Assembly: GCA_030704615.1 (NCBI GenBank)
Contig: CM060731.1
Location: forward strand, 88,660,001 to 88,724,000
Length of the DNA stretch: 64,000 nucleotides
Source of the DNA: Takakia lepidozioides
Lineage: Eukaryota; Plantae; Bryophyta
Direction of reading: 5' to 3'
Positions 11,399 to 25,707 of the stretch are shown here, piece by piece; within the stretch, counting starts at the first letter, position 1; each line of letters starts with the position of its first letter. The position numbers were made by a program, and so were the translations under genes. Below the pieces are notes generated by a model. That model was not told the origin of the DNA. It did not search any database and saw nothing but the letters and a program-made list of their open reading frames with translations.

Positions 11399-14300
11399 CT
11401 ACCTATGTGTTGTATCCCGCTGCAATAGAGTATCGACCTCGTTGAAACTCAGAGTGGCCTGGTGAACGAAGTTGTCACGTTTGGGATCGCAAACCATCAT
11501 CTTCAAAAATATGAAATACAAATATTTGCAGGGTATAAATTTATCTCTCTTACCCAAACTGGTTGATAGCATATTCACAAAATCAGGCCAGGTGCAATTG
11601 GGGAAATTGGAAACTGTGATGTCGTACGTCCTGTCATGAACAACAGATGTTGAAGTGATTATTGTGTACACTCGACCATACCCTGGATCGGGCACTTCCG
11701 TGGTGCTTGCAACACGAGCTTGGAGCATTCTTGCGGACTTCACCTTGCTGAAGTGTTCTGCGGTTGGAAGGAAACGCCGAACCAGCTTTCCATCTCGTTT
11801 GGTTGGCCACAAGTGAGGATTTACCGGAGGGACCCGACAAGACGCGAAACTAGAAGCAGATGCATGCAGAGGGGGTTGTCTTGCAAGGGAAAAGCCTGCC
11901 TCCTCCAGCATTGCAATCTCCTAACTTGTGAGATGTGTTCTCACCTTGACGGGCCAAACGGTTGGAGGAGCTGGCTTCATCACCACGGAATATCGCACAG
12001 TTCTATGCACACATCTACCACAATTGTCTGCGAAGAACCAGAAGTTGTGATTCTTGGCTTCTGGTTGGCCGTATGGACGCATCAAACCCGTGAAAGTTGG
12101 AGCAGGAATCCGGGCACCGCCTCTGGATATAGATGAAGTGCATTTTTCGAAATTAGTTGTCCTGATCGCTGTACATTTTACACGAGACCCTGCACTTGTG
12201 CGTTCTATGTGTCAAACATGGTCAAGGCACGCGGACTCGAGCACATCAGGGAGGAAGTCTGTCTCCTGCACCATTTCAGTGATAGTGTTTGATGCTGGAG
12301 CCTGCCGTCGTGACGGAGGTTCCTCCAGAATGGAGGTTCCGGACATGGATTTGTCATGCAGGGGAACACGAGGCTTCGAGAAGTTATCACGGTCTGCCCT
12401 GTGCGAATCGGAATCCGAACCAGATGGGGTGTTCAATTTCCTCTTACAGGAGCCGAATCTCTCCTCCCCTTCCAGTTGTGGAACTCTAGACACAAGTGGT
12501 ATTCCCTGGGCATACATGCTCACTGCCCGTGCTATCTTGCTTGGATCCCCAGATCTGCTTGCAGCACGCAACATCAACTCTAGTTTGTCCGGACCCTTGC
12601 CACCAACCCCACCTCGCAAGATATCACGGTATCTGGTTTTGTTGTTGCAAGGCACGTATCAGATCATCTATTGTTGCCACATACAAATCCTGACCTCGTT
12701 TCCCAGACTATTGCAAACATGCGTTGTGCACTGTCTCTGCCAAATTGCAAGATGACATGTCTGCCTTTTCCTCAATGGACATGTTCTGCAAAGTGGAAAA
12801 CCACACTTCAGAACAGCGGACAGGGAACAACAGAACGAAAGCAAGCAAAGCAAAATTTGGAAAGTAAAGATATGAATAAAGCAAGCAATAGAAGCCACGC
12901 ACCATTGTCATGGCTGCTCCCCACTGTTTGTACCGGAAGTGTCAAAATGCCAACCAATCTTTCAATGCTCTCATACTCTCAAGCGATGCAGCTCCAGAAG
13001 AGAACCACCAGGCACGAATTGTCTTGAACAAAGTGTTCGTCTCCTTTATTGTTCTAGCATCTTTGTACTCTTTGCACAATTTACGATGTTGTGTCTGCAT
13101 CTCTGGTTTGATGTTCGACTTTGTATGTTTCCCCAGAGATTGTGTCCAATGAAACAGACATGTACGCTCTCTTCCCTCCATTGCCTATTTTGGGTTGCCT
13201 GATCCGAAGACAATTCGAACAACATTGAAATTCGTCTGAGTAATATCTGTCATGAAACCAGCAAAATTTGGAGATGGCACCCCATGGCAGCCTATAACAC
13301 GTATCAGGGAATTCCACATTAGCTTCTGGGATTCCGTATCCTCAGATTGCATGTCACAAACTGCAATTGTCATAACTCGTTGGTACACTGGATTGTACAC
13401 ATGACAAGCCATTGTCGTCCAATCTTTTACTCGTTTTACATGATCAAACATAAGAAAACAATTATGCAGGTCCCCAATCTTCTGCATCCACTTCACGAGG
13501 CTAACCCCGCTGCCCTCCCCAGCAGTCGACATTTTGAAAAGAAATACTTTGGTGGCACCTTGACCTGGAAAAACATTGTCCTGGATGTAGTCGTACTTGC
13601 TCCGTCGTTTCAATTCCAAAATGTTGTCTATGTAGCCTCTGATCCCAGAGCCCATTCTCAATGCATTGATCTGATGCCGAATGTTTGGTGAACTCAAAGT
13701 GGAGAAATGTCCATGACACTCCAATGTTGAACCGTCAAGTTTAGTGCCCACAGAATCCCCTTCACTCAAAATATGGCTCTCCAAGAAGGACTTCCTTGCG
13801 GCAAGAACAATTGCAGATGTTGTTGCAGATGGGTTGCTCTCGTACTCTTGTTTAATCAACCTCGAAACTGTCTCAACACTCTCCCTATATCCCCCTTCGA
13901 GACAGGATGGTTATGAAAACCGAAATGCACACAAGCTCTTGTCATTGTTTTCAAACGGTGGACGATATAGTACATTCTTGCTCCACACACTGCCAAGCAG
14001 GATGGGACAAGTCTGCAGAAATTGCAAACGAAAGTGTTTGCCGGTGGAGGAGCAGCCCAGGCTTAAATGGATTTTCCGCGAGACCCTCCCACTCGCTTTG
14101 ATTATGAACCCCAGACTGAAGAAAGTGCCTGCAATTCAAATTGTCACACCTAAGGTGTCCATTGCAAACTGTTCTCCTGAAAACAAGCTTGTCTTCATTT
14201 TGAGTATTGGATGTTTTTGTTCTGCACCATGGGTGCCCATCGTGTTTCTTGTCCATCCCGTGCATCATGCTTGTTATACCTCCAACTCGTGGAGGAGGAG

Positions 14301-14909
14301 GCAGCTCGAATAGGATATCCCCATCAAAAGTCTCCGGTAGAAACTTCACTGGCACCTGCCTGAAAGATTCCCAATCAATTCCCCGCAACTCACTTTTGAA
14401 ACCGGCCATTCTTCCCATTGCCCGTAGTTTTGGAATGACACTATAAATCTCTTCTTCATCCGTTTCCACAACTAGCGTAGTAAGCACTGGAGTTGGAATT
14501 TCACTTATGTCTTCATCGGACGAATCCGAAAGCTCAACGATTGGAGTGGAGGACGTTTGTTCTTTTTCACCACCACCTCCTTTTTGTCTTCAACGACCGA
14601 AGCAGCAGTCCCCGGCGTCACATATGATCCAAGGGACTTTCGCCGAGGCTCTCCAAGTACTCTGTATCTCCCAGGGCGCACTCTCCACTGGCTGACATGA
14701 GCTGTCTTATCACGATTTTGGAACGAGTATTTCAACAATTTCCCATCCAAATCGTATACCTCTTTCTCCAAGAAGATGGAGCCATTTTGAAGCTCAAACC
14801 GGGTAGCCAAGACATGTTCCAGAACAATTGCGAATCCATTGTCAAGGGCTTCTTTGGAGAAAGACACTGGTTTGTCGTCAGAAAAGAACTCTGCTTCGGA
14901 GAAAGCCAT
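11399..14909 (-). pseudogene. Mutator/MULE-type DDE transposase with N-terminal GCM-like Zn domain and C-terminal SWIM finger (frameshifted); the element spans roughly 9950-15720
   Basis: DGHPW...C.GHLRC.N..C (13951-14487); MFDH and FMTD aspartates (13185-13859); CLFHW CxxH (12942-13181); NLAETVHN glutamate (about 12730); SWIM-like CTWPDF...CKY (11399-11911). Termini not resolved. Confidence 0.75.
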
Positions 14910-17100
14910 GTGACCTCCTTCCGCGGGGTGTTCTCTTTCCTGAGCTGCTCCTTTGCGAACTCAGGTCTGCACCACACTGGCAAGCATGCGCACAACAAAT
15001 GCGGCGAAAACACCCGTTCCATGAAGATTGTGCATATTATGTTATTCCATATAGTTACCTGTCAAGTTGCGCGGGTATGGTTCCTGACAATCCGCCGCCA
15101 AATTAACGTGTCAAATCTGCAATCCGCATTGTTTTCTGAGCAAATTTGACAGATGATCAACCCAATTTCAAAGAGTCGGCCCAAAACTATAAAAACCCGC
15201 CGCCTTCCTTGAAGCCTGCCAGTGGATCTGATCCAGGGATGAAGGCAATATAAGTGATGTACATACATTGTTTATCCGACCATGACTAGATTCACTTCGC
15301 CTTATCATCTTGAAGCTTTAACAATTATGCATGAAATGGCCCAGAACTCTCCACGCACGCATATCCCCTGAAACCATAGGTAGACCTCATCCTAAGTACT
15401 TTAAGAATCCTCATCTATGACGATGATGTACGATGAAATCAACAAAGCCGTCCCAAAAAGACATGTTTATTTTATGTTTGCACATGCCAACAACCCAAAA
15501 CAGCCGCGCAAAAAGAATAGCTGTCCCAATTGCGTTACGCCATTTGCACTTAAGTCGTTCATTGACGTAACGGACACGCGAGAGGCAATCGGACGGTGCC
15601 AGAGAAACTCCAAAAAAGACGGAACCGCGCAAGACACCGAGTCTTTTCTTCTTTCGAGTTTCTGCACGAAGAAAAAAGAAAAAGAAAAAGAAAAAGTATT
15701 TTTTATCCTTATTTTAATGTAGATATTGTACAGAATAATTACATATCAACAAAACAACTATAAATATTCATGGCTTCTTTTTACATGCAACTCCAATTCA
15801 CAATCATAAGTACTATGCTCTTATGGCTCCCACATAGATTGGGACAAATGGACCTCCCCAACATTGCGTATATGGTATTACATAAGCATATTTTCACAAA
15901 CAATTAACCTATATTTATTGCTATGAAATTACCTGATTACATCCAACATATCTCATCACCTAGGAGGAGCCATTACCCTACGAGGCGTTTGAAGTGGACA
16001 ATTGGATTCCAGGCGTGCGGTCATTAGATTAGATCGTGTCTCACCAAAGCATCTGCTTGTTGGAAGTGAGGCACAATTGATTGAAATACAAATGTCGGCA
16101 TTTGGCTTCCCAAGCACACCATCAGACCATTAAATTATGCCTCGGTAAATCAGGCTATCTAGCTTTCCAGAGTAGCTTTCCATAGGCTAAGGCAAGGGTC
16201 TCATGAAAACATTACAATCTCTAACCGAAGTGAAAAAAAATAGCAAGAAGACAACAATCAGTGAGTTTTTGGGTGAGACATGTATAAGCCAACATATTTC
16301 CATATTGTTCCAATCCCACCCATTTCCGTTCAGCAAAAAGGGTGGATAAGTTTGTTATTCCCTAATTTCAACTTCCAAGTAGGGTCCCCGGCTCCCTTAT
16401 GTCCAACTATGCATTCACTCAGGGAGGTCCAAGGACACGACTACCTGTATTGGGTTCAATCCACCTTCACATGTGAAAAAAGTAACTCAATCGCCCACCC
16501 GTTCATGTTTTTCAGATTATGCATCCTTAATATTCACATTTATCAATGGGCGAAGGCCAGGGAATGGGGGAGAGGCGAATCCCTGGCCCCAAAAAATCAG
16601 CTCAAGTAGATAGATTTGCGAAAAGTCTGAGAAAGAGAAAATTACAAACTGTAACTATTGTGCAGGTAATGAGTCCTGATTGCAGCCTGCATACACCTAT
16701 TTACACGAAGATTCTGCAATTTCATAGCTCATGGTACATAATTGGGACTTGTGGAACAATCTACCCACTTAGTGTGTCTTGCTTAGAAAGCTAGACAGGG
16801 AGAGAGAGACAGAGTTGTCACCCAAAGTATAAATGTCAAGTGCCAATGCACTGTTCAATGCATCTGCCTAAGAGTCGTAGAACAACGTAACCTTGTGCTC
16901 TGATGTAAACTCATGCTACATGCTTGAAGAAGGGAAGCAATGCAAGAAACATACTTTCCTGACTTCCTCCACGCAGTATCCTGTGAAGCCACAGGGAGAT
17001 TATAATCGCAAGTGAGCCAGCAGGTGCTGTCGTCTAAACTGTTCAATATACCGATTGTGTTGGGCGAATGTCTAAACGTTGCATCTTGGTAATACATAAG

Positions 17101-20100
17101 TCAATCAAAAATCCTTTCACCGGAAGAGAAGATGTTCCAGACAACAGTGCCGAAAATGTAAAGACCGACGGCTACTTTAAAAACATCATCCCATGACCCT
17201 GCAGTGAGATACACATAAACACTACATCAGAACACATAGTGATACATCTTCAAAATAACCGCGAGAAAAAGGAGGAGGACATCTCAAGTAAGTGTGATTC
17301 TCAAAAGAATTCAGCCTTCACCCGCATTGAATGGAACCCAGAACCACAGCATTGGTAGAGCAAAGCCAAAAGGCAACCAACCATGCTGTAAAATATAGCC
17401 GGTAGCTGCAGTTCCGAACACCCCGGCAAGGACTCCTGCTGTGTTGGACAGCCCGAGCAACACACCCTGTGTTCAATGCCCACTTTCAGTCAGTGTGTTC
17501 CATTTCCTCGATGACTTCCTACCACAGCTTAAACAGTTGACAGCACCAGAGTGCTTACAACTCTTAGTGGGACAAGTAAAGTTGTGTTAGAACAGTGATC
17601 TCCAGTGTATGTGCTAATTGTGCAGTATTCCAAGTGAGAAAGTAGCACAACTTGTGACTCCAACAATTATCACTGCAGAAACACCTGCCGTGTTTGTTTA
17701 CTCACACTTGTTGAGCAGGCAAAGTTATGATGCATCTCATTCAGTACAGACTACAGAAAGATTATGAAGTAACCACAGCTACAGATTTGACTGCAAACCA
17801 GCAAACAGAAGCTGGGTACAAAAAGAACTGATGATCGTACCGAATAACGGGGTCCAATATCCTGATGGTTAGAATACAGGCCTGACTGTGAGAAGGCATC
17901 GCTTCCCTGCAACAAGCCAATTTCCAGTCAAGATTATGCGCCTCAAAGCTTCAAAACACAATTACCATTTGATGGTCTACAGCCTCAATTCCAGAGTAAA
18001 GGAGAGAAGACAGAGTGAGCGTGTGTGTACCTGGGAGCACATCATGCACAAGACAGCAAGAGGAGGTGAGTTGATGTGGCTGAGTTGCGTAAGGAAAAAT
18101 GCAGGGCCCAAAAATCCAATGCTTTGCATGACCTGCATTCAAACTGTGTCAGACACACTCCGAAGTTAACTTGGAACTCACAAAGTTAGCCTGTCTTCAA
18201 AGGCATGAAGGGCCACAAGTGAAGGTCTCTGGTTTCTGGGAGCCCATATGACAGCAAAAAATTGAATGTATTGAATAGAGACAAAAGAATGCAATCTTAT
18301 AAAATGAAGAGAAAATGAACATAATGGCAGGTACCCTGCACTGCACACTGCAAATGATACTGGTCAGAGCTAGGGCTCCTGAACATGTTAGAACTACTGA
18401 GTTAGGATGTGCACACCTTCTAACACAGCCACTTATAAAGCAATCACAGCATCATTGTGTTCCCATTTCCCTCCTTGCAATGTCCTAAGTACCCTATTTG
18501 ACAAGATCAAGCCCTATATGAGACTTCATTATGTCATTTGACCTCCAAAATATGCTACCATTTTATTTGAACCCAGTCACCTCCTTATGGTTGATGCCCT
18601 AACATTGAGCTATATGTTCACAGTTCACAGCTAGCCAGGCGACCCCAATCAGGGGTATTACCATGACTTAGAGGTGGTTTCCACACCGAGCTGAAATTTG
18701 CTTGTAAACCTATGATCAATTTCTCCACTAAACCAAGCGATCACGTGATCACGAGTGCAACATACAATTTTCTTGAACCCTTCTTCAGGTGAAGGAAAGC
18801 ATAGGGACCCCAGTAGACATTGATTAGCAGGCAGAAGAAGACAAACCTTTCGCACAGTAGTGACGGAGACACCACGGCTAACCATAGTGTCGGCGATCCA
18901 ACCTCCCAAGTTGGCTGAGAAAGCCATTGTGAGCCAAGGAAGTACTGAAAATAGGCCCGACTCTGTCAAATTAAACCCCAACACCTGCCCATTCAATATC
19001 CCCCCTCCCTGTCAGCACACGTATAATTAAACTCATATGTGCAATGACTTGCCATTGGATAGAACTGCCATACGTATCTCAAAGCCAGTGACATATCAAT
19101 TAACAATTGACAAGATTATTACTGGCACTGCTTTTATGGTTTTCCAGGTTGACAATGGCCTGTCCATATACCCAAAGGGATCGCCACACCTTTAAAATGT
19201 TCTTTCAAGTAGTAAACAACCTTCTGTGCCGTGGAACGGGTTTTGATTCCGTTTGGCAGATAATGTCATTCTGTTGCAATCAAGTAAGCTATTCTGATAT
19301 GTGGATTATGATAGGGCTGTTGTACAAGCTGGTCTTGGCTAGGACAATCTGGTTGGAAAAATAGTTTCACAGTATCTTTTGACTCAGAGCAAAAGCCCAA
19401 TGCTTAAGTCCCACCTACCCACAACCACCTATAGAGATGATCAAGCTATAAGGGGATGTCAAATGTATCAGTGCCATTTCCTTTGGGGGTATACTCAGAA
19501 AGTCAACTTGTTGGCTGCTGTCGACTCAGAAGTTTCTCACAAAGTATGAGTAACCCTGTCCTTAACCACCATAGCTGTACAAAGTCTGCCAATCTTTATT
19601 TGGCGTACTCTTCTTACCAGAGATGTCCATTTGTTCAAGAATTGATGCAGTCTTTAATGGTAGAGATCGTTGTATGTGTAGACTACCACCTTACTCCCCT
19701 CCCAGTGATCAAAACGTTGGTGGCCATGATGCACTCTGCCGTAACCTTATGTCATTCTCCCTGCTATCCGCTGCCATTTCACTTCAATTCTGGGGTTCAT
19801 TGTCTCAGTCACAGAGGGAAACAGGGACATAGCTGTTTGATAATACCCTGCGCCTAGTTTGAGCGGAACAGAATGGGATGGCGAGGGGGAGGGATGATGA
19901 GGAGAGAGATGAAAGGAGGGACAGATATGGAGATAGAGACACAAGACATCGAGTCCAGAGGTGCAACGAGGATTACCTGATTATAATATGTGGGCATCCA
20001 AGTAAGAAGGATGAACGTTCCCCAATTGTGGCAGAAGTGGCAGACAATTAAAGCCCAGACAGGTGCTTTTGACAAGAGCAATCCCCAAGGGATGTTTTCA

Positions 20101-23100
20101 ACAGGTGCCTTGGGCTCACTATCTCCCAAAATCAGTTTCTTTTCCTCTTCTGTGATCTCAGGGTCTTCTGCAGGCGAGCTATATGCCTACCCTTCAACCC
20201 CAGATCGATATCCCTTCAGCCTCCAAACTTCTCTCATTTCAGTTCATACCAAAACCTCCTCTCCCCTGTGTAGAGGTCTGTCTGTTGCAATCCTAAACTA
20301 ACAGGAGAGAGAACAACAACTCTGCTGTTAAATCACTGACTTGCAGATGCATCATCACAACACTGAGATACAAGTTGTACACCATAGAATCCCCACAGCT
20401 ATCTTTTGCCCAGATCCTGGCTGCAGTGCAGCATATCTAGTTCATGTACCCAGTTAAGCACAGCAAAAAAAATTGAACAAAGAGTGAGCAGTATTGAGAA
20501 TTCAAAGCTCTCATGGAAGAAGAATCACCTAGAGAGGGCAACTGGAAAGGAGAAGCGGGCTAACCAGGGAAGAATGGATAAGGCATGCAGGCTTACATAT
20601 CGTTGCCAGGCAGCAAACCAAAGAGCACCGACTGAACCAAACGAGAAGAAGACAGATGGCCAGTTGAATTTGTGAATAAGACCCGGGGAAAAGGCCAGTC
20701 CTATCACTGACCCGAGGTACATCCCACTATAAACCAAGGCCAGTGATCTGCTCCGCTCCCCAACTGGCACCCAGCGTGATAGCAGGTTATTCATTGCTGG
20801 CATTGCAACACCCTTGCATTTCCCCAACCCCCCCGGCAGTTACGCCCATCCTCTTGAGAAACACACTAGTTTAAGTTGAAATGACGATAGTGTGAACTCA
20901 CGGTGGATATTTTAAGAACAGAGGTCAAAGGCTTCGTACAAACCAGTGTTGGACTGGTATATAGGTGAAGGACTGGTATAAAGTACTGGTATATGCACTG
21001 GTATTAGATACCAGACCAGTCTGGTATCGTTTGGGAGAATACTTGGTCATGTACCAGACCAGGCTGGTAACAGTTTTTTCATACCAGCCACAATACCAGT
21101 ACTCCCCCGCAGTCTACCTCATTTACTCTGGTATGTGTACCATATTAATTTATGTGTACATTTGCCTATACATTTGTATTTATGTATATTTACTTCTAAA
21201 GCCATCTTGAATTACAAGTTTATCAAATAGCAAATATCAAGTGAAAATAAATACAATACACATAAAGGATGATACTAGAGTTGATACCTCATACCAGCTG
21301 GTATTGTGGTCATGATACTCATACTCATACCAGTATTTGGACAAATATACATCCACCATTATATAGACCAGACTGGTATGAAAACTTTGTGATACGCCTG
21401 GTACCAGGACCAGACTGGTATGTAAAAAACTTGATACCAGTCCAACACTGGTACAAACTAGGGTGAACATCTCGAGAAAGGCTATATTGCACAGCCGCAT
21501 AAGGAAGAGGCTGCAGTTGGCTCCCATTAGTCACAATCGTGAGCTCACAACCACACTCAAATTTAGAAAACAACAATGTTCATGCACATCTTATGGTTAA
21601 CATATGAAAATGGAACCACATGAACTGAACCTTAGGGACTGTATTTAGGCGAGAAAAACACTCATGATCATATAAATAACTCACCTCGCCAACACCCATG
21701 CAGGCACGCACAAGGAGAAGAGCAGGCAGCCCAAGTTTGGCAGCAATTGGGGTAGCCATGGTGGCAATGGACCACCATATCACGCCAAATCCCAGCACCT
21801 GCTTTCCGCCAATGCTATCCGCCCATATTCCTCCTGCAATCTGCGACCCTTTCTTCTTAGCAGCTTACATTCCAGCATATGACCCTCTGTTTATAGCTTT
21901 CTTTTGGTCTGTGGCTGGTGTTCTCCCTTAACTTCACTAACAACTTACAGATGCCCTTGCTCAGGTTTGGGTGGTTTTCCAGTAGGGTCTAAATTAAGAA
22001 ATTCATGTCAGAGAGAAGATGACTGGATAAAGTGTTGCACTCTAAGATGAGGACATCTTCATCGTTTGGCCAGCTTATATCTGAAGTGGTAACACAAAGA
22101 GGAAACTTGACTATCTGCTACTCTCCAAAAATATTTGGCACATCAATACAGCAACAGCGATTCCTCAGAAAGTCCTTAAAGCAAAAAACCCTACCACCAA
22201 ATATTCGCAATTGCAGACAAAAAAACTCATAAACATCAGATCAGTTAGTTCTGGATAATCCTAAGTGCTTTTCACCATCACTTCCTCTCCAAGAAGAACA
22301 TTGACCTCCCTTCCCTTACATAAGTTTGAGAGAGGTACAAAACCTGGGTGAGAAGATAACCCCAGAAAAAGGAGGACTGCACCAAGCCCACTGTTGTGGG
22401 ACTCCAGTGAAACTCGGCTGACATGGGCAAGATGGCAATGCTCATGTTTACCTGTGCCCCAACCATTCCTCTCTCAATTATTGCCTTCTCCCTTGCCCTG
22501 CACAATACTTGCCCACTATTGATGCAGCACAATTCATGGTCTGCATTCCCAGCACCTTGTTAAATATCAGTAAAATGGCCAAGCCAATGACCACTTCAGG
22601 AAAATTGGAAACACAACATTCATGCAATCTTTCTGCAGTTATGCTGGGGAAAGGAAAGCTTACCCGATCCATGTTGCAAAGAAGGAAGGCAAAGAAGCAG
22701 AGCATCACAATAGTCCAGCGCTTCGGCACCTGCTGCCACCATGCACCTGTGGGGGCTGTAGCTTCTTTATTGTCAGCCTGCACGCTGGCACCGTTACCGT
22801 CGGCCACCAGGCTGAGTGCCAGCTCAGCCAACTTTTTCTGCTCAAGTGAGAGGTTATCTTCACCCAACACATCCTCCCGCTTCATGTCCCCTACCCCCAG
22901 GTTGTCAGCACGCTTAGGCTGACTCCTACACCGCAATTCTGCGTTGCCTCTTCTCCAGCTACTGCGTGGTTGTGCACAGAACAAGCTCTTCATAGAGCCG
23001 TACTCACACCTGTGTCTCAACTGAGTTGCATTGCTTAATGTATGTCCAACTTTGCTCCTACTGCTACAAAACTGTGACCAGAGGGCCCTCTCCAATACTC

Positions 23101-23828
23101 CCTTTCCAGCATTCCTATTCTCCCAGCCGCATTTACCCGACCATGAAGCCAGCTTGAGAACAATTTGTCCCCTTCCTCTTCTGATGTCATCACTACCCAA
23201 GCCTACCGACTGCGCCCACATGTGCAGCATGCCTTGCCCCACTGCCATGGTCCTGTCCTTCCGCCATCCTGTGTCTATCACAGACAACACACACCCCGTA
23301 GTGTGAGAGATTTCAGGATAAGAAAATGCAAAAACCCTACGGAGAGGACCGAAGTAATTACAACATCAAACCAAGCCATAAAAATCTCAACTGAGGCTGT
23401 CCAAGTGAAAAAATTGCATCATGCCATCAAGGCCTCCTTCTGTGACACAAACGATTCATAGAAGATGACAGCAACTGAATCCGAGCTATACAAGACAGTC
23501 TTCACTCCCACACGAAAGATGCTTAGACATCCAGCGGGCTAATTGCATGTAGCAAACCAGATTTGGAGTCCATGCTCCACGTTTTAAATCACACAGTTAT
23601 GCACGATCCATCCAGCCACAGCCCAGGCCTGATGCTTCCGAACCCGAGCACAATTCCGACACAACACAAACCCAATTGAAGGAAAAATCACGCCAATTCA
23701 CGAGTAATCCCAAGTGCAATCACCATTCACACACAGCTCGAGAACAAAAGCAAGAAAGGAACAATGCACAAACCAGGCTGAAAAAATTGACAGGGAGGGC
23801 CGTAGGCGAGGACGGATCCCACAGCCAT
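17101..23828 (-). CDS. PHT4: PHT4/ANTR plastid Na+-dependent phosphate/anion (ascorbate) transporter, MFS; about 612 aa, 11 exons
   Basis: GT-AG exons 23774-23828, 22664-23268, 22344-22451, 21685-21840, 20597-20812, 19977-20186, 18847-18984, 18031-18132, 17841-17906, 17382-17466 and 17101-17198 join in frame. Motifs LLCNMDRVNMSIAILPM, QSSFFWGY, HFCHNWGTF and SQSGLYSNHQDIGPRY; transit-peptide-like N-terminus. Confidence 0.95.
20942..21452. mobile_element. MITE-like foldback element in PHT4 intron 4
   Basis: Perfect 19-bp inverted repeat ACCAGTGTTGGACTGGTAT (20942-20960 and 21434-21452), with many internal ACCAG/CTGGT units. The outer ends and TSD are not resolved. Confidence 0.7.
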
Positions 23829-25049
23829 GGCCGCTTCCTGCTGCAACACACGGATGCAGGGCGCTCTGAAGGGCAGGCATGCACTCGCTGTCGGCACCCA
23901 GCTCTGCTACTGCGACCTGCCCGCCATAGCCCGCCCCCTTCCTGCTTCTACACTCACAATATCCCCTTTATCCGTCATTCTTTTTCATTCACTCGCCAAA
24001 TTGGCTAAACTTGAGTCGACTTTTCCGTATACCAGATGGAAGGTTTCGCCATATACACTAGACAGTTTCGCCGTTAACATTTTAAAATTGTAAAAAGCCG
24101 ACGGGGCAATTTCAGCTCTTTTCAAGGGGGCAAGTTATCCACCACGTGCCGCAATACTAGTAGGCGAACGCTAACTAAATCTGTGGGAATATTCCCTATT
24201 CTGGATGGATGCTTTTGGATGAAGAAACGATTAATCCATTTATCAGGTCGTCTCCCAAATGGTTCTCTCTTCTTCTTCCACCGAGGGGAACTGTGCCTGG
24301 AGATCACTGCCGAACTAGCTCTGCCTTCAATCTATAAAGTGGCCTCGGATTGGAAGTTACATGACTAGACAAGCTAGACAAGCTGGAATTCCATGAGTAG
24401 CTAGCTACAGCTGCATTGACACCAGCTCCATGGATAATTAACATCTAATTTCAACCACCAAAAAGGATCTACAGGTACAGATTAAGCATGCAATAGACTG
24501 AATCGGAAAGCAGTCAGACGTACATGCACCATAGTTTGCAGCAGGTATCAAAGGCACACAAATGTCAAAATGCCGATTGCTGGGGCCACAGCGGACCCGA
24601 TCGCGAAGGGTTTGTCAGACGAGAATGGCAGCGGGGGTTGGCCTCGGGTTATGCATCACACTCTCACACAGCAGGAAATTCTCGTAGTCAGCAGACTCAG
24701 ACAAGAGGAGAACACAGAGATAGACAACACTGCACCTAGTCATCCATCGCCAGCTTCAGTTGCCTCGCTACAGCATATGTAACGTGAGTGGCAACAAGTG
24801 ATGCAGGAAGAAAGCAGATGGTTGAATCATCTAGCCTCATACCTCAGGGCAGTCTCGAGGACTAACTTAGGACTCATTGAGAAGCTGCACAGTGCAGAGC
24901 TGCGAACCCAACTCCCACCCTCGCTGTAGGCCACGTGTAAGTATCCCAGACTTGCAATGAATTAAGTTATGACGCATGAAGCATGTTGACTGTCAACACA
25001 CCTCAAATTCTAAAATAGCAACTCCAAGAGTTTTAAATAGAGTGTAGTC

Positions 25050-25172
25050 CATAATAATAATATATGACGCCTCCGGAAGGAAGCATATTTTGACCCTGAA
25101 GGGCTATTGCCTTCCAGCAGGAAGGTGGACACCTTTGTGACACCAATCGGTGGATTGAACCCATAACCACTT
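25050..25172 (-). mobile_element. 5'-truncated copy of the tRNA-derived SINE found at 33589-33784
   Basis: Aligns with 33595-33740 (GAAGGGCTA, GGAAGGTGGACAC, CTTTGTGACACCAAT); B-box-like GGTTCAATCC; (TAT)n tail. Confidence 0.7.
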
Positions 25173-25707
25173 CCAATTCACATAAATCAGTTGTATCAAA
25201 GTACCTTCATGGTGGTATTTACATTGGAGCAAGCAAGCTAATAATAGGATCAAGACAAGCCACAGCGGTCAGGTGATGATGTAGGCAAGTCAAAGGGAGC
25301 GTCCCTGTTGAGGGCTATGGACTATGGAGCGCCTGCCATGTGGTGGGGCCGGGCACCGGGTCAAGTATTGTTCTAGGTGGCGTTGGGTCCATGTCATATG
25401 CTGCTCTGGGGTTGATCTGGTGAAGGAAGCTTGTGGGTTTGCTCAGATCCACGTACTGTGTGTGGGTTCCACGGGGAATGGTGAAGTCGTTTTCTGTTGG
25501 TGAATCTCTCTGCAACATCAGAGGGGATTGGCCTGCTGGGTCGGAAAGGCGTTCGTCAGAGTTATGATAAGGAGTAAGAGGGGATCGGAATTGCAAGAGT
25601 CCCGACACGATGTTGCTAGGGACAGTCACTTGAGCACAGTAGAGGAGTTAGAATTTGTGCTGCCGCAGCCCTCTCAAGACGTTGATTTGTGCCACAAGAG
25701 ACACCAC

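Noticed and set aside
15700-15724. Helitron 5' end (minus strand TCTACATTAAAATAAG)
   Set aside because: No matching hairpin-CTAG/T 3' end and no Rep/helicase; the enclosed protein is a DDE transposase.
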